Sequence record: SRR31156797_13057
Strand: one strand, 5' to 3'
DNA length: 40,960 nucleotides
The translations under genes and the position numbers were made by a program. This document shows, in pieces, positions 11,001 to 19,169 of the stretch (positions are counted from its first letter, which is position 1; the number at the start of each line of letters is the position of its first letter). The notes below the pieces were generated by a model. The model searched no databases. It saw nothing but the letters and a program-made list of their open reading frames with translations, and was not told where the DNA came from.

Positions 11001-11270
11001 TCTGCCGATTTCACTGTTTGCGTTATCCAATTCAATAACGGATGCAGACAACAACATATATTGAAACTGATTTTGTAATGAACGGATTTCCTGCTGAACA
11101 ATAAGACTGATATGCGTTTTAACACGCAGGTTCTGCTCAAAATCGAGAGCATTTTCCTGACTTTTTTCCAAGAGAAATTGAGAAGCAAGGGTCAAAAAGA
11201 TGCACGCACCGGTCAAAAGGAAAAAGGAATACATCTTCCGCAAAATCGGTTCTCGAAAACTGAAAGCCAT
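8067..11270 (-). CDS. Membrane-bound multi-PAS hybrid sensor histidine kinase with degenerate C-terminal receiver
   Basis: Two TM helices around a periplasmic helical domain, about three PAS domains, H-box MSHELRTPLN, N-box NLMSNAVKY, DTGIG, GTGIGM, and a C-terminal REC-like segment. Confidence 0.9.
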   Translation of the reverse strand: MAFSFREPILRKMYSFFLLTGACIFLTLASQFLLEKSQENALDFEQNLRVKTHISLIVQQEIRSLQNQFQYMLLSASVIELDNANSEIGRLLKLVQSAVSVIEHGGEYITNVSVNFGNKDVIAWPIRHEVENEGEVSLSAIEMRTNLARLEEMRTEYYAVMQQAVLSPKERKEGDLALYHKKIAPFFTRLVESSNRLYIESLESEKYAEKERKGQVHLYNWVASIAVPLFLIMTGVIALWIIRDIRRLLHERTEALTSMTETKENLEGMVFKRTKALRQEVSERRLAEKRFASQAEFLTTVIESLGHPFHVINANDYTVSMSNQAARDKALGVGNYCYTLNYGLDKPCSAIERGCPLKEVRKTKEPVILEHKISTPDKGIKYLEVHGYPIFDNQGNVVQMIEYSLDITDKHLALRALEQSRDELEHKVRERTFRLEKEVIQRVEIQQELEASERHFRTLIECIRDVLVILDKDGVIAYISPSVETNFGYAPDLLIGKSFKEFVRVGEAGHLEKPSDTFFSDAVNDDNPLKHMAVSSDGVKFYMESRVQDMSHDPAIGGLLITCRDVSSRNKAEEMQKRLNMVIEQNPSSIVITDTSGNIEYVNPQFERLTGYSKAEIVGKNPSILNSGLTDPARFVEMYEAIGKGEVWQGEFINKNRAGELYTENVIVAPIKNHRGEVTNYVALKENITELKKAREQAEIANKAKMEFLSRMSHELRTPLNAIIGFSKLLMEDKFGNLLPKQIEQANRINMAGSHLMQMISEILDFSRIETGSFSIRLEPVLPSEIIGECLMLTEHMAREHGIVFSVEDSVYAIPRLIVDRIRFKQVMVNLMSNAVKYNVKDGTVTISAEVKGSLAKIDVADTGIGIPADRQGELFTPFTRMVAEYSGIEGTGIGMTITKQLLEAMHGTIEFVSTEGEGSTFTITLPCEEKIISGPGPDMVRKDSRAADLCILYVDNDSDRISSMREIVAEWPDIIVVIRRNWEKALTAIDLLKPEIVVVNAAFAGQGYAEHVQELKKRSATPPTVLMLGGKEVPGPSAGVDGNLCSPVSLQDIINVYNASQGKDDD

Positions 11271-11272
11271 TT

Positions 11273-12064
11273 TTAAAAACCAAACCTTTCAAAGACCGCA
11301 CGGCCTTCAGGAGAGACACAGAGTTGGAGAAAAGACTTGGCCAATTCTGGATTGGCACTATAGACGAGGCTTGCCATGATCAAAGGCTGTGAAGCAGCTT
11401 CTTTAATGGAAATCACATCAATATAATCACGATTGTCATTGAGTTGGGCCACCGCCTTCCAGTTGAGCACTATGTCCGCTTTACCTTCTCGAATCGCAGC
11501 ACTCAACCCCTTTGAATCCGATGCCATGAAAACCGTATTTCGCACCACGGGCTCATAGATATTCAGTGCTGACAGTATTCTCTTGGACTCTTTGCCGACG
11601 GCACCAAGATCCTCATGACCTATAACGACCGCAAAGGACGAATCCACCAATTGGTTGAGATTTCCTGTCAAATTTTTGGGATTGTTCTTGGCCACAAAAA
11701 TTGCCAATTCATTATGGCCGACCATCCCGCTATCGACCACATGCCCATCGACTTCCATGGTATCAACAAAGGCTTTGAAGCCGGGGGAAAAAATATCCCC
11801 CACATGGTTCACCTCAATGGATTTTGCTAAATCCTGAGACCCACCAGAGGTCATCTTCACTGTCACATCGTGAGTTGCCTCAAACAGTTTGGCAAGTTCC
11901 ATTATTGGAGAAATCATCGTAGACCCACAAAAAATTATCAGAGTCTTCCGATTTTTATCCGCATCAGCATGACGACTGCACCCCACTCCCCCCTGCCAGA
12001 TAAGCAGAACAAGTATAACAAGCCCCAACGCCTTCATTTTTTTCATTGAAACCATATGCTCCAC
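11273..12064 (-). CDS. ModA-like (molybdate/tungstate-type) periplasmic substrate-binding lipoprotein
   Basis: Lipoprotein-like signal (..GGVGC), IFCGSTM, SGGSQDL, GDIFSPG, KNNPKN, EGKADI, C-terminal SPEGRAVFERFGF. The start could be 12064 or one of the next Met codons. Confidence 0.75.
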   Translation of the reverse strand: MEHMVSMKKMKALGLVILVLLIWQGGVGCSRHADADKNRKTLIIFCGSTMISPIMELAKLFEATHDVTVKMTSGGSQDLAKSIEVNHVGDIFSPGFKAFVDTMEVDGHVVDSGMVGHNELAIFVAKNNPKNLTGNLNQLVDSSFAVVIGHEDLGAVGKESKRILSALNIYEPVVRNTVFMASDSKGLSAAIREGKADIVLNWKAVAQLNDNRDYIDVISIKEAASQPLIMASLVYSANPELAKSFLQLCVSPEGRAVFERFGF

Positions 12065-12198
12065 TTAAATATTTCCATAACGCCATGCATACTCATCGTA
12101 ATGCCGCTCAACTTTTCAACGACAGGAATTTGATTTAGCACTCCCCGCAAGTATACGGTGCAAGCAACCTGCAAACTCATCAATTATATTATTCATTC

Positions 12199-12236
12199 AA
12201 AAAAACAAACGCCCGCACCACAACGCGGCACGGGCG
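12199..12236 (-). terminator. Rho-independent terminator of the cytochrome c gene
   Basis: cgcccg...cgggcg stem with an A-run on the plus strand (U-tract on minus), downstream of the stop at 12267. Confidence 0.6.
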
Positions 12237-12266
12237 ATATTTTTATCTACCAAATAAATTCAAGGG

Positions 12267-12572
12267 CTACATAGAGCCTAAATAATCCGCAATAGCCTTA
12301 ACTTCCTGGCCGTTAAGCTTACTCGCAATACGGATCATGGTCTTTTTTTTCTTCCCGCCATACGAACCATCAGCGTACCCGTTCATTTTCATCTCAATTT
12401 CACCGCTGCTCTGGCCCTTGAGGACAACACCTCCACCGGCTTTGGACGATTCGGTTCCATCGCGATGACACTTGGCACACCGTTTTTTGTACAAAGCTCC
12501 ACCGTCAACGGCAAAAGCTGCGGTCACGCCAAAACAGAAAATCACGGTCAGTATTGCAAAAATCTTCTTCAT
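12267..12572 (-). CDS. cyf: Monoheme periplasmic cytochrome c553
   Basis: Signal peptide MKKIFAIL...AFA, VDGGALYKKRCAKCH (CxxCH), KMNGYADGSYGG..K.TM with the distal Met, and KAIADY, all typical of Desulfovibrio c553. Confidence 0.82.
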   Translation of the reverse strand: MKKIFAILTVIFCFGVTAAFAVDGGALYKKRCAKCHRDGTESSKAGGGVVLKGQSSGEIEMKMNGYADGSYGGKKKKTMIRIASKLNGQEVKAIADYLGSM

Positions 12573-12860
12573 GGTGGCCCTCAATATATAATATGTTAAC
12601 GACATTTCACTATAAAAAATAAGTCAAAACCACCTTTGGTGTAAACAGGATCATTTCCTACATACCCACAATTCATCCGATCTTCAACTCCCAAAACACC
12701 ATTGGGTGTCTAAAACAAACTCCACCCAAAATAGAGATTTCATCAAGGCAACTCTATAAATGCTGGATTTTATAAAACATTCATATGAGGAGCTTCTCAT
12801 ACATTCTTAAAACATCTTTCATTTCAAGCAATTAAAATTCCCAAAACCTCAACAGAACAA

Positions 12861-12876
12861 TGGCATATCTCTTGCT
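12861..12876 (+). promoter_or_regulatory. Sigma-54 (-24/-12) promoter upstream of the tadE cluster
   Basis: TGGCAT-ATCTC-TTGCT has exact GG-N10-GC spacing and ends 54 bp before the ATG at 12931. Confidence 0.8.
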
Positions 12877-12930
12877 TATTTCACATTAAATGAAGTCGCA
12901 TCGCGACAAACGTCGCAATCAGGAGCAACA

Positions 12931-13329
12931 ATGAAAAAGAACAGACAAACTCAATCCAAACAAGGATTAGCAGCCATAGAAATGGCCATGTTGTTCCCGA
13001 TCTTCATGATGTTACTGGTCGGCGTCATGGATACTGGTCGATTATACTGGACACAAAGTGTTGTCCGTGACGCAGCCTTTGAAGGTGCTCGTACAGCCAT
13101 TCTTCACGAAAGCACCACCAGCCAAATCGAATCGGTTGTTACCGAAGAACTGGTGTCAGGCGGGATTAACCAGTCTTCATCTGTCGTGATTAGCGACCGC
13201 CAGGCGTCACAACCCGTTGAAGTCAAAGTTTCTGTCCCCTTCGAGTTTTATGTCATCGACAACCTGCTTCCATCTCTGGAAGGGCCGACCAACATTTCGG
13301 CTGCGGCTGTCATGATTCATGAGAGGTAA
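12931..13329 (+). CDS. TadE-family Flp pilus pseudopilin
   Basis: Basic leader then QG-LAAIEMAMLFP hydrophobic helix; AAFEGAR motif. AGGAG RBS. Confidence 0.85.
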   Translation: MKKNRQTQSKQGLAAIEMAMLFPIFMMLLVGVMDTGRLYWTQSVVRDAAFEGARTAILHESTTSQIESVVTEELVSGGINQSSSVVISDRQASQPVEVKVSVPFEFYVIDNLLPSLEGPTNISAAAVMIHER

Positions 13330-13331
13330 CC

Positions 13332-13721
13332 ATGCGCAAAAATGATACAAAGAAACAAGGCGCCATGGCCCTTGAATTCGCCCTTCTTATGTCACTCTTA
13401 CTCATCCCGCTAATTACAGGCATGTGGGATGCGTCTCAATTAATAGACATGAATCAGATTTTAACCCGCGCAGCAAGAGAAGGCGTAGTCATGGCCTCAC
13501 GTGGGGATGATCCTGTTGCCCAAGTGCAGGCCTTTGTCGAATCGGCAGGACTTGAATCAAACAACCTTGTCGTGGAAATAGAGCTCGGACAGGATGACCC
13601 TGAACTCGGTCAGGAAATTGCCGTAAGGCTGAATTACAATCTCTCTGGAAGCACCGTACTTCCATGGGAAGAACTCATGCCGGACGGCATCTCCATAGTT
13701 GCCTACGCCAAAGTGGAGTGA
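13332..13721 (+). CDS. TadE/TadF-family Flp pilus pseudopilin
   Basis: QG-AMALEFALL prepilin-like motif and AAREG motif. Confidence 0.85.
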   Translation: MRKNDTKKQGAMALEFALLMSLLLIPLITGMWDASQLIDMNQILTRAAREGVVMASRGDDPVAQVQAFVESAGLESNNLVVEIELGQDDPELGQEIAVRLNYNLSGSTVLPWEELMPDGISIVAYAKVE

Positions 13722-13728
13722 TGCCATT

Positions 13729-14901
13729 ATGACCATTTTACGTAATCTTTTTTCCCAACAACACGGCGTGGCCAGCATTCTCGTCGGTATGTGCATGGCC
13801 GCCTTGATGGGGATGTGTGCCTTGGCTGTAGATGTAGGTCGAATCTATATCAAACGTGGCGCAATTCAGACAGCTGCCGATGCCGGAGCACTAGCCGGAG
13901 CCAATTCTCTTATGGCCGAAGGAAGCGACATAGAAAAACTCAGGGCCATTGTCACAAAATACGCGGAACGAAACCTGACAGCGACGGACATTCCGAACGA
14001 ATCAGTGACGCCGACAGACATCGTTTTCCTGAGAGATGGCGTGCCTGATGAGGACCAGCCTAATCAAGTCGAAGTCACCGTCACTCTCAATGAAGCCCAA
14101 GGCAATCCATTCCCACTGTATTTTGGTAAGGCTATAGGTATTCCCTTCGCAAACATTCAAGTCGTAGCCCGTGCAGGTATCGTCGGCATCTGCTCCAGCA
14201 AATGCATCAAACCTTTTGTTGTTCCCACCAAATTTACATGGAACGATTCGGCTGCCCCTGCCACCAAGTACTACGAAAACGACAGGATGGACGTGGAAAG
14301 CGTTCAGGAACTCGACTCGGTAGAAGTCCTCGGATACACTCAGGACGACGTCGGCACCCAGATCATTATCAAACCGGGCGACCCAAGCTTGGCCATCGCT
14401 CCCGGGCAGTACAATCTTATAGATTTGCCACCCATCAACAAAGGCAATCCGACAACGGGTGCGGCTATGATCAAAGAAAACATTGAAGGGTGTACCGGCT
14501 CCAACAGTGAATATCCTGTTGAACCAGGCGACGAATTGTTGATCGAACCCGGCAACTCGGCTGGCCCGGTCAAAGCCGGAACCAACAACCTCATTGGACT
14601 TGATCCCTACGCGGCATGGGACACATCAACTAACTCCATTGAAGGCAGCTCCTTTAGTGATCCTCTCGACAGTCCTCGCGTCGCCATCATCTCCTTCTAT
14701 GACCCTCGCTACCCGCCAACAGGCGGTAGAAATGTCATTACAGTCTATGAGCTTGGTGCCTTTTTCATCGAGAATGTCGACAGCAGTGGCAATGTGACAG
14801 CTCGATTCATGAATACTGTAGCGGTTGATCCAGAACCAGGGGGTTCTTCGGACTGTCTTCTACGCATAAGCCGACTCATGCTCGACTCCAGTCGACAATA
14901 G
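13729..14901 (+). CDS. TadG-family Flp pilus assembly/tip protein
   Basis: HG-VASILVG..., ALAVDVGRIY, IQTAADAGALAGA (TadG N-terminal motif), followed by a Cys-containing C-terminal region. GGAG RBS before 13729. Confidence 0.82.
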   Translation: MTILRNLFSQQHGVASILVGMCMAALMGMCALAVDVGRIYIKRGAIQTAADAGALAGANSLMAEGSDIEKLRAIVTKYAERNLTATDIPNESVTPTDIVFLRDGVPDEDQPNQVEVTVTLNEAQGNPFPLYFGKAIGIPFANIQVVARAGIVGICSSKCIKPFVVPTKFTWNDSAAPATKYYENDRMDVESVQELDSVEVLGYTQDDVGTQIIIKPGDPSLAIAPGQYNLIDLPPINKGNPTTGAAMIKENIEGCTGSNSEYPVEPGDELLIEPGNSAGPVKAGTNNLIGLDPYAAWDTSTNSIEGSSFSDPLDSPRVAIISFYDPRYPPTGGRNVITVYELGAFFIENVDSSGNVTARFMNTVAVDPEPGGSSDCLLRISRLMLDSSRQ

Positions 14902-14921
14902 GGACAGTACTTTATAACTCG

Positions 14922-14958
14922 AAGGGCGATTTTGCATAAAGCAAAATCGCCCTTTTTC
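14922..14958 (+). terminator. Rho-independent terminator of the tad trio
   Basis: aagggcgattttgc-ataaa-gcaaaatcgccctt stem followed by a T-run. Confidence 0.85.
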
Positions 14959-15389
14959 ATCGGCAATTTGGCACCGATTTGGTGGGTTTTTATCTCACGC
15001 AAAACAGTGCTTTTACTCTGAAAAGAATGGACTATTTACACTGGCTATGGTTATAGAGAACCATGTCGTTGGTCCGCAGGATGACAACAGCCTTGAATCG
15101 TCAGATATATCAGACGATTGAATGGCTGTTCAGTTATGCAAGGATCACGACTTCAGCTGGAAACAGCCATGGATTGGGGTGCGTTTTTGGGAAGGGATGC
15201 ACGCCGTCGGTCCGAAATAGTGAAAACACTGTTTTGATCGTATTTAATCCTCTGGTGTTGAACTCGTTGTGGAGGTGGCCTGAAAAGGTCCGATTACGAC
15301 AAGTTCTCCCACATTGCTTTATTGGCCTGCCTTGCATGGGCGAGGCGCATTTGCCGTAATGAAAACGGCGTCACACACAAGGGGGTGCT

Positions 15390-16649
15390 ATGGGAAAAAT
15401 CTCCTCATGGGATTGGGAAACCGGCCAGAAAACGGTCGTTAAATCCCTTTCCCCGCTCGAAGGGCACGGATGGCAGGAAGAGCCTTATGTTTCACCTGAT
15501 GGCGAAACACTGGCCGCAATCGTCAAAGTAGGCGACGGCGAATTCTCCGTTCGAACCAACGACTCGGTATGGGAAAACGTTTACGAAAAGATCTGGTATC
15601 CGAAATTTACACCGGATGGAAGACTGACCACTATCTGTCAGCAAGACATGGAGTGGGCTTTGACCGTGGACGATACGATGGTCGGTGAAGCAACCGATTA
15701 CATCTGGGACACACTCATCAGCGAAGACGGCTCTGGCATTGCCACCATGCATAAAAGCATGGAGCAGTATGCCATGGCTTTGAACGGTGAGCCGTGGGAA
15801 GAAACCTATGACAACGTCAACCAGCCTGCACTGTCGCCAGACGGATTGCACACAGCTGGTGTTGCGCAGGTAGAAAAAATGCCCGCAGCCGACATTGAAG
15901 CTTTCAAACGCGGCGCATACTCTGTCGTCGTTGACGGAAAGCCTTGGGCCGGACGCTATTTGAACGTCTGGACTCCGACCTTCAATGCAAAGGGCGACAC
16001 TGTTGCCGCACAGGCGCGTGTCACTGTTTACGAAAACACCATTGTCGTAAACGACAAACCGTGGACCCAAACCTTCAATCAGGTATGGGAACCCAACTTC
16101 AACCCTGCAGACGGCACCATCGTCGCTCCTGTCCGTATCAAGGGCAAATGGGGCGTCGCTCGTGATGGCGTTGTTATCTGGGAACCCCGTTACGCCCAGT
16201 GTCTGGAGCTTCAGCACTCAGCAGACGGCAGCAAACTGTGGGCCATCGTCGCCACCGGTTACGGTCAGTTCACCGCAGCCTGTGACAATGCTCCTTGGGA
16301 AACCACGTATTCCACCGTTACCGATCTGGTCATCAGCCCCGACGGCAAACGGGCAGGTGTGCTGGGAAGCGAATACAGCGCAAACTTCGAAGTTGTAGTG
16401 GACGGTAAAGCATGGGCTGGCACCTACGAAATGGTTTGGCCTGTTGTTTTCTCCGCCGATTCAAAGAACGTCGCAACCATGGTCGAGAAAAATGGCAAAC
16501 GCCGCATCTTGGTCAATGGCAAGCCGTTCGAACGTGACTTTGATCATGCATGGCCTCCGGTCTTCAACGAAGACGGAACCAAAGTGCTCATCCGCGCCAT
16601 CGAAAACAACAGCTACATCCGCATTGTTGCGGAAGTGGACAAATTCTAA
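15390..16649 (+). CDS. tmcD: Tmc redox complex subunit D (Trp-rich, repeat-containing)
   Basis: About 420 aa, Trp-rich, with repeated P.FSPDG / VVDGKPW units. Lies directly upstream of the cytochrome b, CCG and tetraheme c3 genes. Confidence 0.85.
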   Translation: MGKISSWDWETGQKTVVKSLSPLEGHGWQEEPYVSPDGETLAAIVKVGDGEFSVRTNDSVWENVYEKIWYPKFTPDGRLTTICQQDMEWALTVDDTMVGEATDYIWDTLISEDGSGIATMHKSMEQYAMALNGEPWEETYDNVNQPALSPDGLHTAGVAQVEKMPAADIEAFKRGAYSVVVDGKPWAGRYLNVWTPTFNAKGDTVAAQARVTVYENTIVVNDKPWTQTFNQVWEPNFNPADGTIVAPVRIKGKWGVARDGVVIWEPRYAQCLELQHSADGSKLWAIVATGYGQFTAACDNAPWETTYSTVTDLVISPDGKRAGVLGSEYSANFEVVVDGKAWAGTYEMVWPVVFSADSKNVATMVEKNGKRRILVNGKPFERDFDHAWPPVFNEDGTKVLIRAIENNSYIRIVAEVDKF

Positions 16650-16664
16650 GCGAAGGGAGACGCA

Positions 16665-17324
16665 ATGACTGATTTGTATACTTTCGTCACCGGCCCCCTC
16701 GCCTGGGTTGCTTTCGGCATCTTCATCATCGGTTCCATTTACCGTCTGGTGAGCATGTATGCTTTGGCCAAGGCTAAAGACGGCTCTTCTCTGGCTTACA
16801 TGAGCTGGTACTACGGGCTGCGCTCCATCCTCGCATGGATGGTGCCTTTCAAATCCCAGGGCTGGCAATCCGACCCCCTCGCGACCGTGACCACCTTCGT
16901 GTTTCACATCGCTTTCCTGTTGGTGGCCGTGTTCCTGAATGCTCACGTGGTTCTCTGGGACACCGCATTTGGTATCAGCATTCCGAGCCTGCCCTCTTAC
17001 ATGGGCGACGTCATCAGCTTCGTGGCCATCGCTGGCTGTGCGGTTTTCGCATACCGCCGGTTGGCACTGCCTCACGTCAAGGGCGTGACCCGCTGTCAGG
17101 ACTGGTTTGCCCTGATTCTTGTTGTGATGCCATTCATCACTGGCGTACTGGCCTACCATCAGGTGGGTCCGGTTCTCCTGATGACTACCTTGCACGTAAT
17201 CTTCGCAGAGCTTCTTATTGCGCTGATTCCGTTCACCCGCCTGAGCCATGCATTGTTCATCCTGTTCACCAGGGCGTACATGGGTTCCGAGTTCGGTGGC
17301 GTTCGCCACGCCAACGACTGGTAG
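16665..17324 (+). CDS. tmcC: Tmc complex membrane cytochrome b subunit (NarI-like)
   Basis: About five TM helices, His ligands (FVFH, NAH, TLH, PFTRLSH) and operon context. Confidence 0.87.
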   Translation: MTDLYTFVTGPLAWVAFGIFIIGSIYRLVSMYALAKAKDGSSLAYMSWYYGLRSILAWMVPFKSQGWQSDPLATVTTFVFHIAFLLVAVFLNAHVVLWDTAFGISIPSLPSYMGDVISFVAIAGCAVFAYRRLALPHVKGVTRCQDWFALILVVMPFITGVLAYHQVGPVLLMTTLHVIFAELLIALIPFTRLSHALFILFTRAYMGSEFGGVRHANDW

Positions 17325-17360
17325 GCCACAACTAATCAAAGTAACGCGAGGTTATGAATA

Positions 17361-18677
17361 ATGAGTATAACTGACAGAATAATATCCGATGTCGGCCTTG
17401 AAGCCGGTATCGCCGGTCTGACCACCGAAAGGATTCAGGAAGTGGTCACCCAAACGCTGGCTGGCGAGACCGGAGCAAAGCTGAAAGCGTACAAAGAGAC
17501 ATGCATGCGTTGCGGCCTCTGTTCGCAAGGCTGTCACTTCTACATGTCTCACGATCAGGATCCGAGCTACTCCCCAGTGAGTAAGGCTACGGAGACAATG
17601 TACGAATTGATGGACACCAAGGGAAAGGTTACACCTGAGCGCATCTACGAGATGGCTCAGATCGCCTTCACCGAATGTAACCTGTGTAAGCGTTGTGCGC
17701 ATTACTGCCCAGTGGGCATTGATATTGCGTACGTCATGATCACAGTCCGCCGTATCTGCTACCTGTTGGACGTTGTACCGCAGTACATCCGTGACACGGC
17801 TCACTCTCACTCCTCCACCATGAACCAGATGTGGGTCAAGGATGATGAGTGGATCGACTCCCTGCAATGGCAGGAAGACGAAGCTCGTGATGAGTTCCCG
17901 GACCTGCGCATTCCTCTCGATAAGGAAGGAGCTGACGTCTACTACTCGGTCATCGGTCCCGAACCGAAGTTCCGTACCCAGCTCATCTATCAGGCTGCCG
18001 CCATCATGAACGCAGCCGGTATTGACTGGACCATGCCGTCCCATCCCGGTTGGGATAACTCGGACATGTGCATGTACGTGGGCGACTGGGAAAACATGGG
18101 CCGCATCAAACGCGCCCACTACGAGTCTGCTCAGAAGCTGCGCGTCAAACGCATCGTCATGGGCGAATGTGGTCACGCCTTCAGGTCTATCTACGACATG
18201 GGCAACCGCTGGCTTGGCTATAAGGAAATGCCCATCCCTGTCATCCACGCCATCGAATTCTACTGGGATTTGATTCAGGAAGGCAAACTCAAGATCACCC
18301 ACAAATACGAAAAGCCTGTCACCATTCAGGACCCGTGCAACGTCATTCGTGGCCGCGGTCTGATGGACAAGCTCAGAGACGTGGTTCACTACCTCTGCGA
18401 AGAGGTTGTGGAAATGACTCCCAACCGCGAGCACAACTACTGCTGTTGCGCTGGTGGCGGTGTCATCAACTGCGGTCCGCCGTTCAAGAACACACGCATG
18501 GAAGGCAACCGGGTCAAGGCTGAACAGCTGAAGAACACCGGGGTCAAGGATATCGTTATCCCATGCCACAACTGCCACGGCGGCATTGAAGATATCATCG
18601 GTTACTATGATCTCGGCATGCACGGAAAGTTCATCGGCGATATCATCTACGAACTGATGGAAAAACCGGAAGTGTAA
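17361..18677 (+). CDS. tmcB: Tmc complex Fe-S / CCG-domain subunit (HdrD-like)
   Basis: CMRCGLCSQGC and CNLCKRCAHYCP ferredoxin motifs, ECGH, QDPC, CCCAGGG, PCHNC. Confidence 0.88.
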   Translation: MSITDRIISDVGLEAGIAGLTTERIQEVVTQTLAGETGAKLKAYKETCMRCGLCSQGCHFYMSHDQDPSYSPVSKATETMYELMDTKGKVTPERIYEMAQIAFTECNLCKRCAHYCPVGIDIAYVMITVRRICYLLDVVPQYIRDTAHSHSSTMNQMWVKDDEWIDSLQWQEDEARDEFPDLRIPLDKEGADVYYSVIGPEPKFRTQLIYQAAAIMNAAGIDWTMPSHPGWDNSDMCMYVGDWENMGRIKRAHYESAQKLRVKRIVMGECGHAFRSIYDMGNRWLGYKEMPIPVIHAIEFYWDLIQEGKLKITHKYEKPVTIQDPCNVIRGRGLMDKLRDVVHYLCEEVVEMTPNREHNYCCCAGGGVINCGPPFKNTRMEGNRVKAEQLKNTGVKDIVIPCHNCHGGIEDIIGYYDLGMHGKFIGDIIYELMEKPEV

Positions 18678-18687
18678 GGAGGACGCC

Positions 18688-19089
18688 ATGCACAAAAGAA
18701 ATACCATTAAGCTTGCGGCCTCCATGCTGACCATCCTTGCGCTGGTCATCGCATACATGGCTCCGGCCGCCTTTGCTCAGGACGACATGACAATGATTCC
18801 TGTGGACGCATTCGCCAAACTCGAACGCCCACAGGTCCCCTTCATGCATGACGACCATAATGAAAAGGCTGAATTGGAAGACTGCGTTGTCTGTCACCAC
18901 GGTATCACCGATGACGGCAAGCAGGACTTGGAAAACTCCAGCGAGGGCGAAACCTGTGCATCCTGCCATGAGGTAGAACGCACCGATGGTGGCACCCCGC
19001 TGATGCGCGCCTACCACAAGCAGTGCATTGACTGCCACAAGCAACAGGGCAAAGGCCCAGTTGCCTGCGGCGAATGCCACGCCAAGTAG
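18688..19089 (+). CDS. tmcA: Acidic tetraheme type II cytochrome c3
   Basis: Signal peptide, FMHDDH, four CxxCH motifs (CVVCH, CASCH, CIDCH, CGECH), acidic composition. Confidence 0.9.
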   Translation: MHKRNTIKLAASMLTILALVIAYMAPAAFAQDDMTMIPVDAFAKLERPQVPFMHDDHNEKAELEDCVVCHHGITDDGKQDLENSSEGETCASCHEVERTDGGTPLMRAYHKQCIDCHKQQGKGPVACGECHAK

Positions 19090-19111
19090 ACGATCGGTTT
19101 TACCGAATATG

Positions 19112-19146
19112 AAAGGCCCCGGAAGCATTGCTTCCGGGGCCTTTTT
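19112..19146. terminator. Bidirectional rho-independent terminator
   Basis: aaaggccccggaagc-att-gcttccggggccttt perfect stem between the convergent tmcA and PEP-synthase-like genes. Confidence 0.9.
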
Positions 19147-19169
19147 CACTTCAAAATACTTAAAGGCAA

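Noticed and set aside
11273-12064. Annotation as modA of a molybdate transporter
   Set aside because: No modB/modC is adjacent and the gene is coupled to a kinase; the ligand is unproven.
14968-14983. TGGCAC-containing sequence as a sigma-54 promoter for tmc
   Set aside because: TGGCACCGATTTGGT lacks the GC at the GG-N10-GC position.
15063-15359. 98-aa ORF in the tmcD upstream region
   Set aside because: No convincing RBS or motif, and it overlaps the repeat-bearing regulatory region. It cannot be fully excluded without homology data.
16461-18758. 292-aa and 468-aa minus-strand ORFs antisense to tmcC/tmcB
   Set aside because: Antisense shadows of strongly codon-biased tmc genes, with no family motifs.
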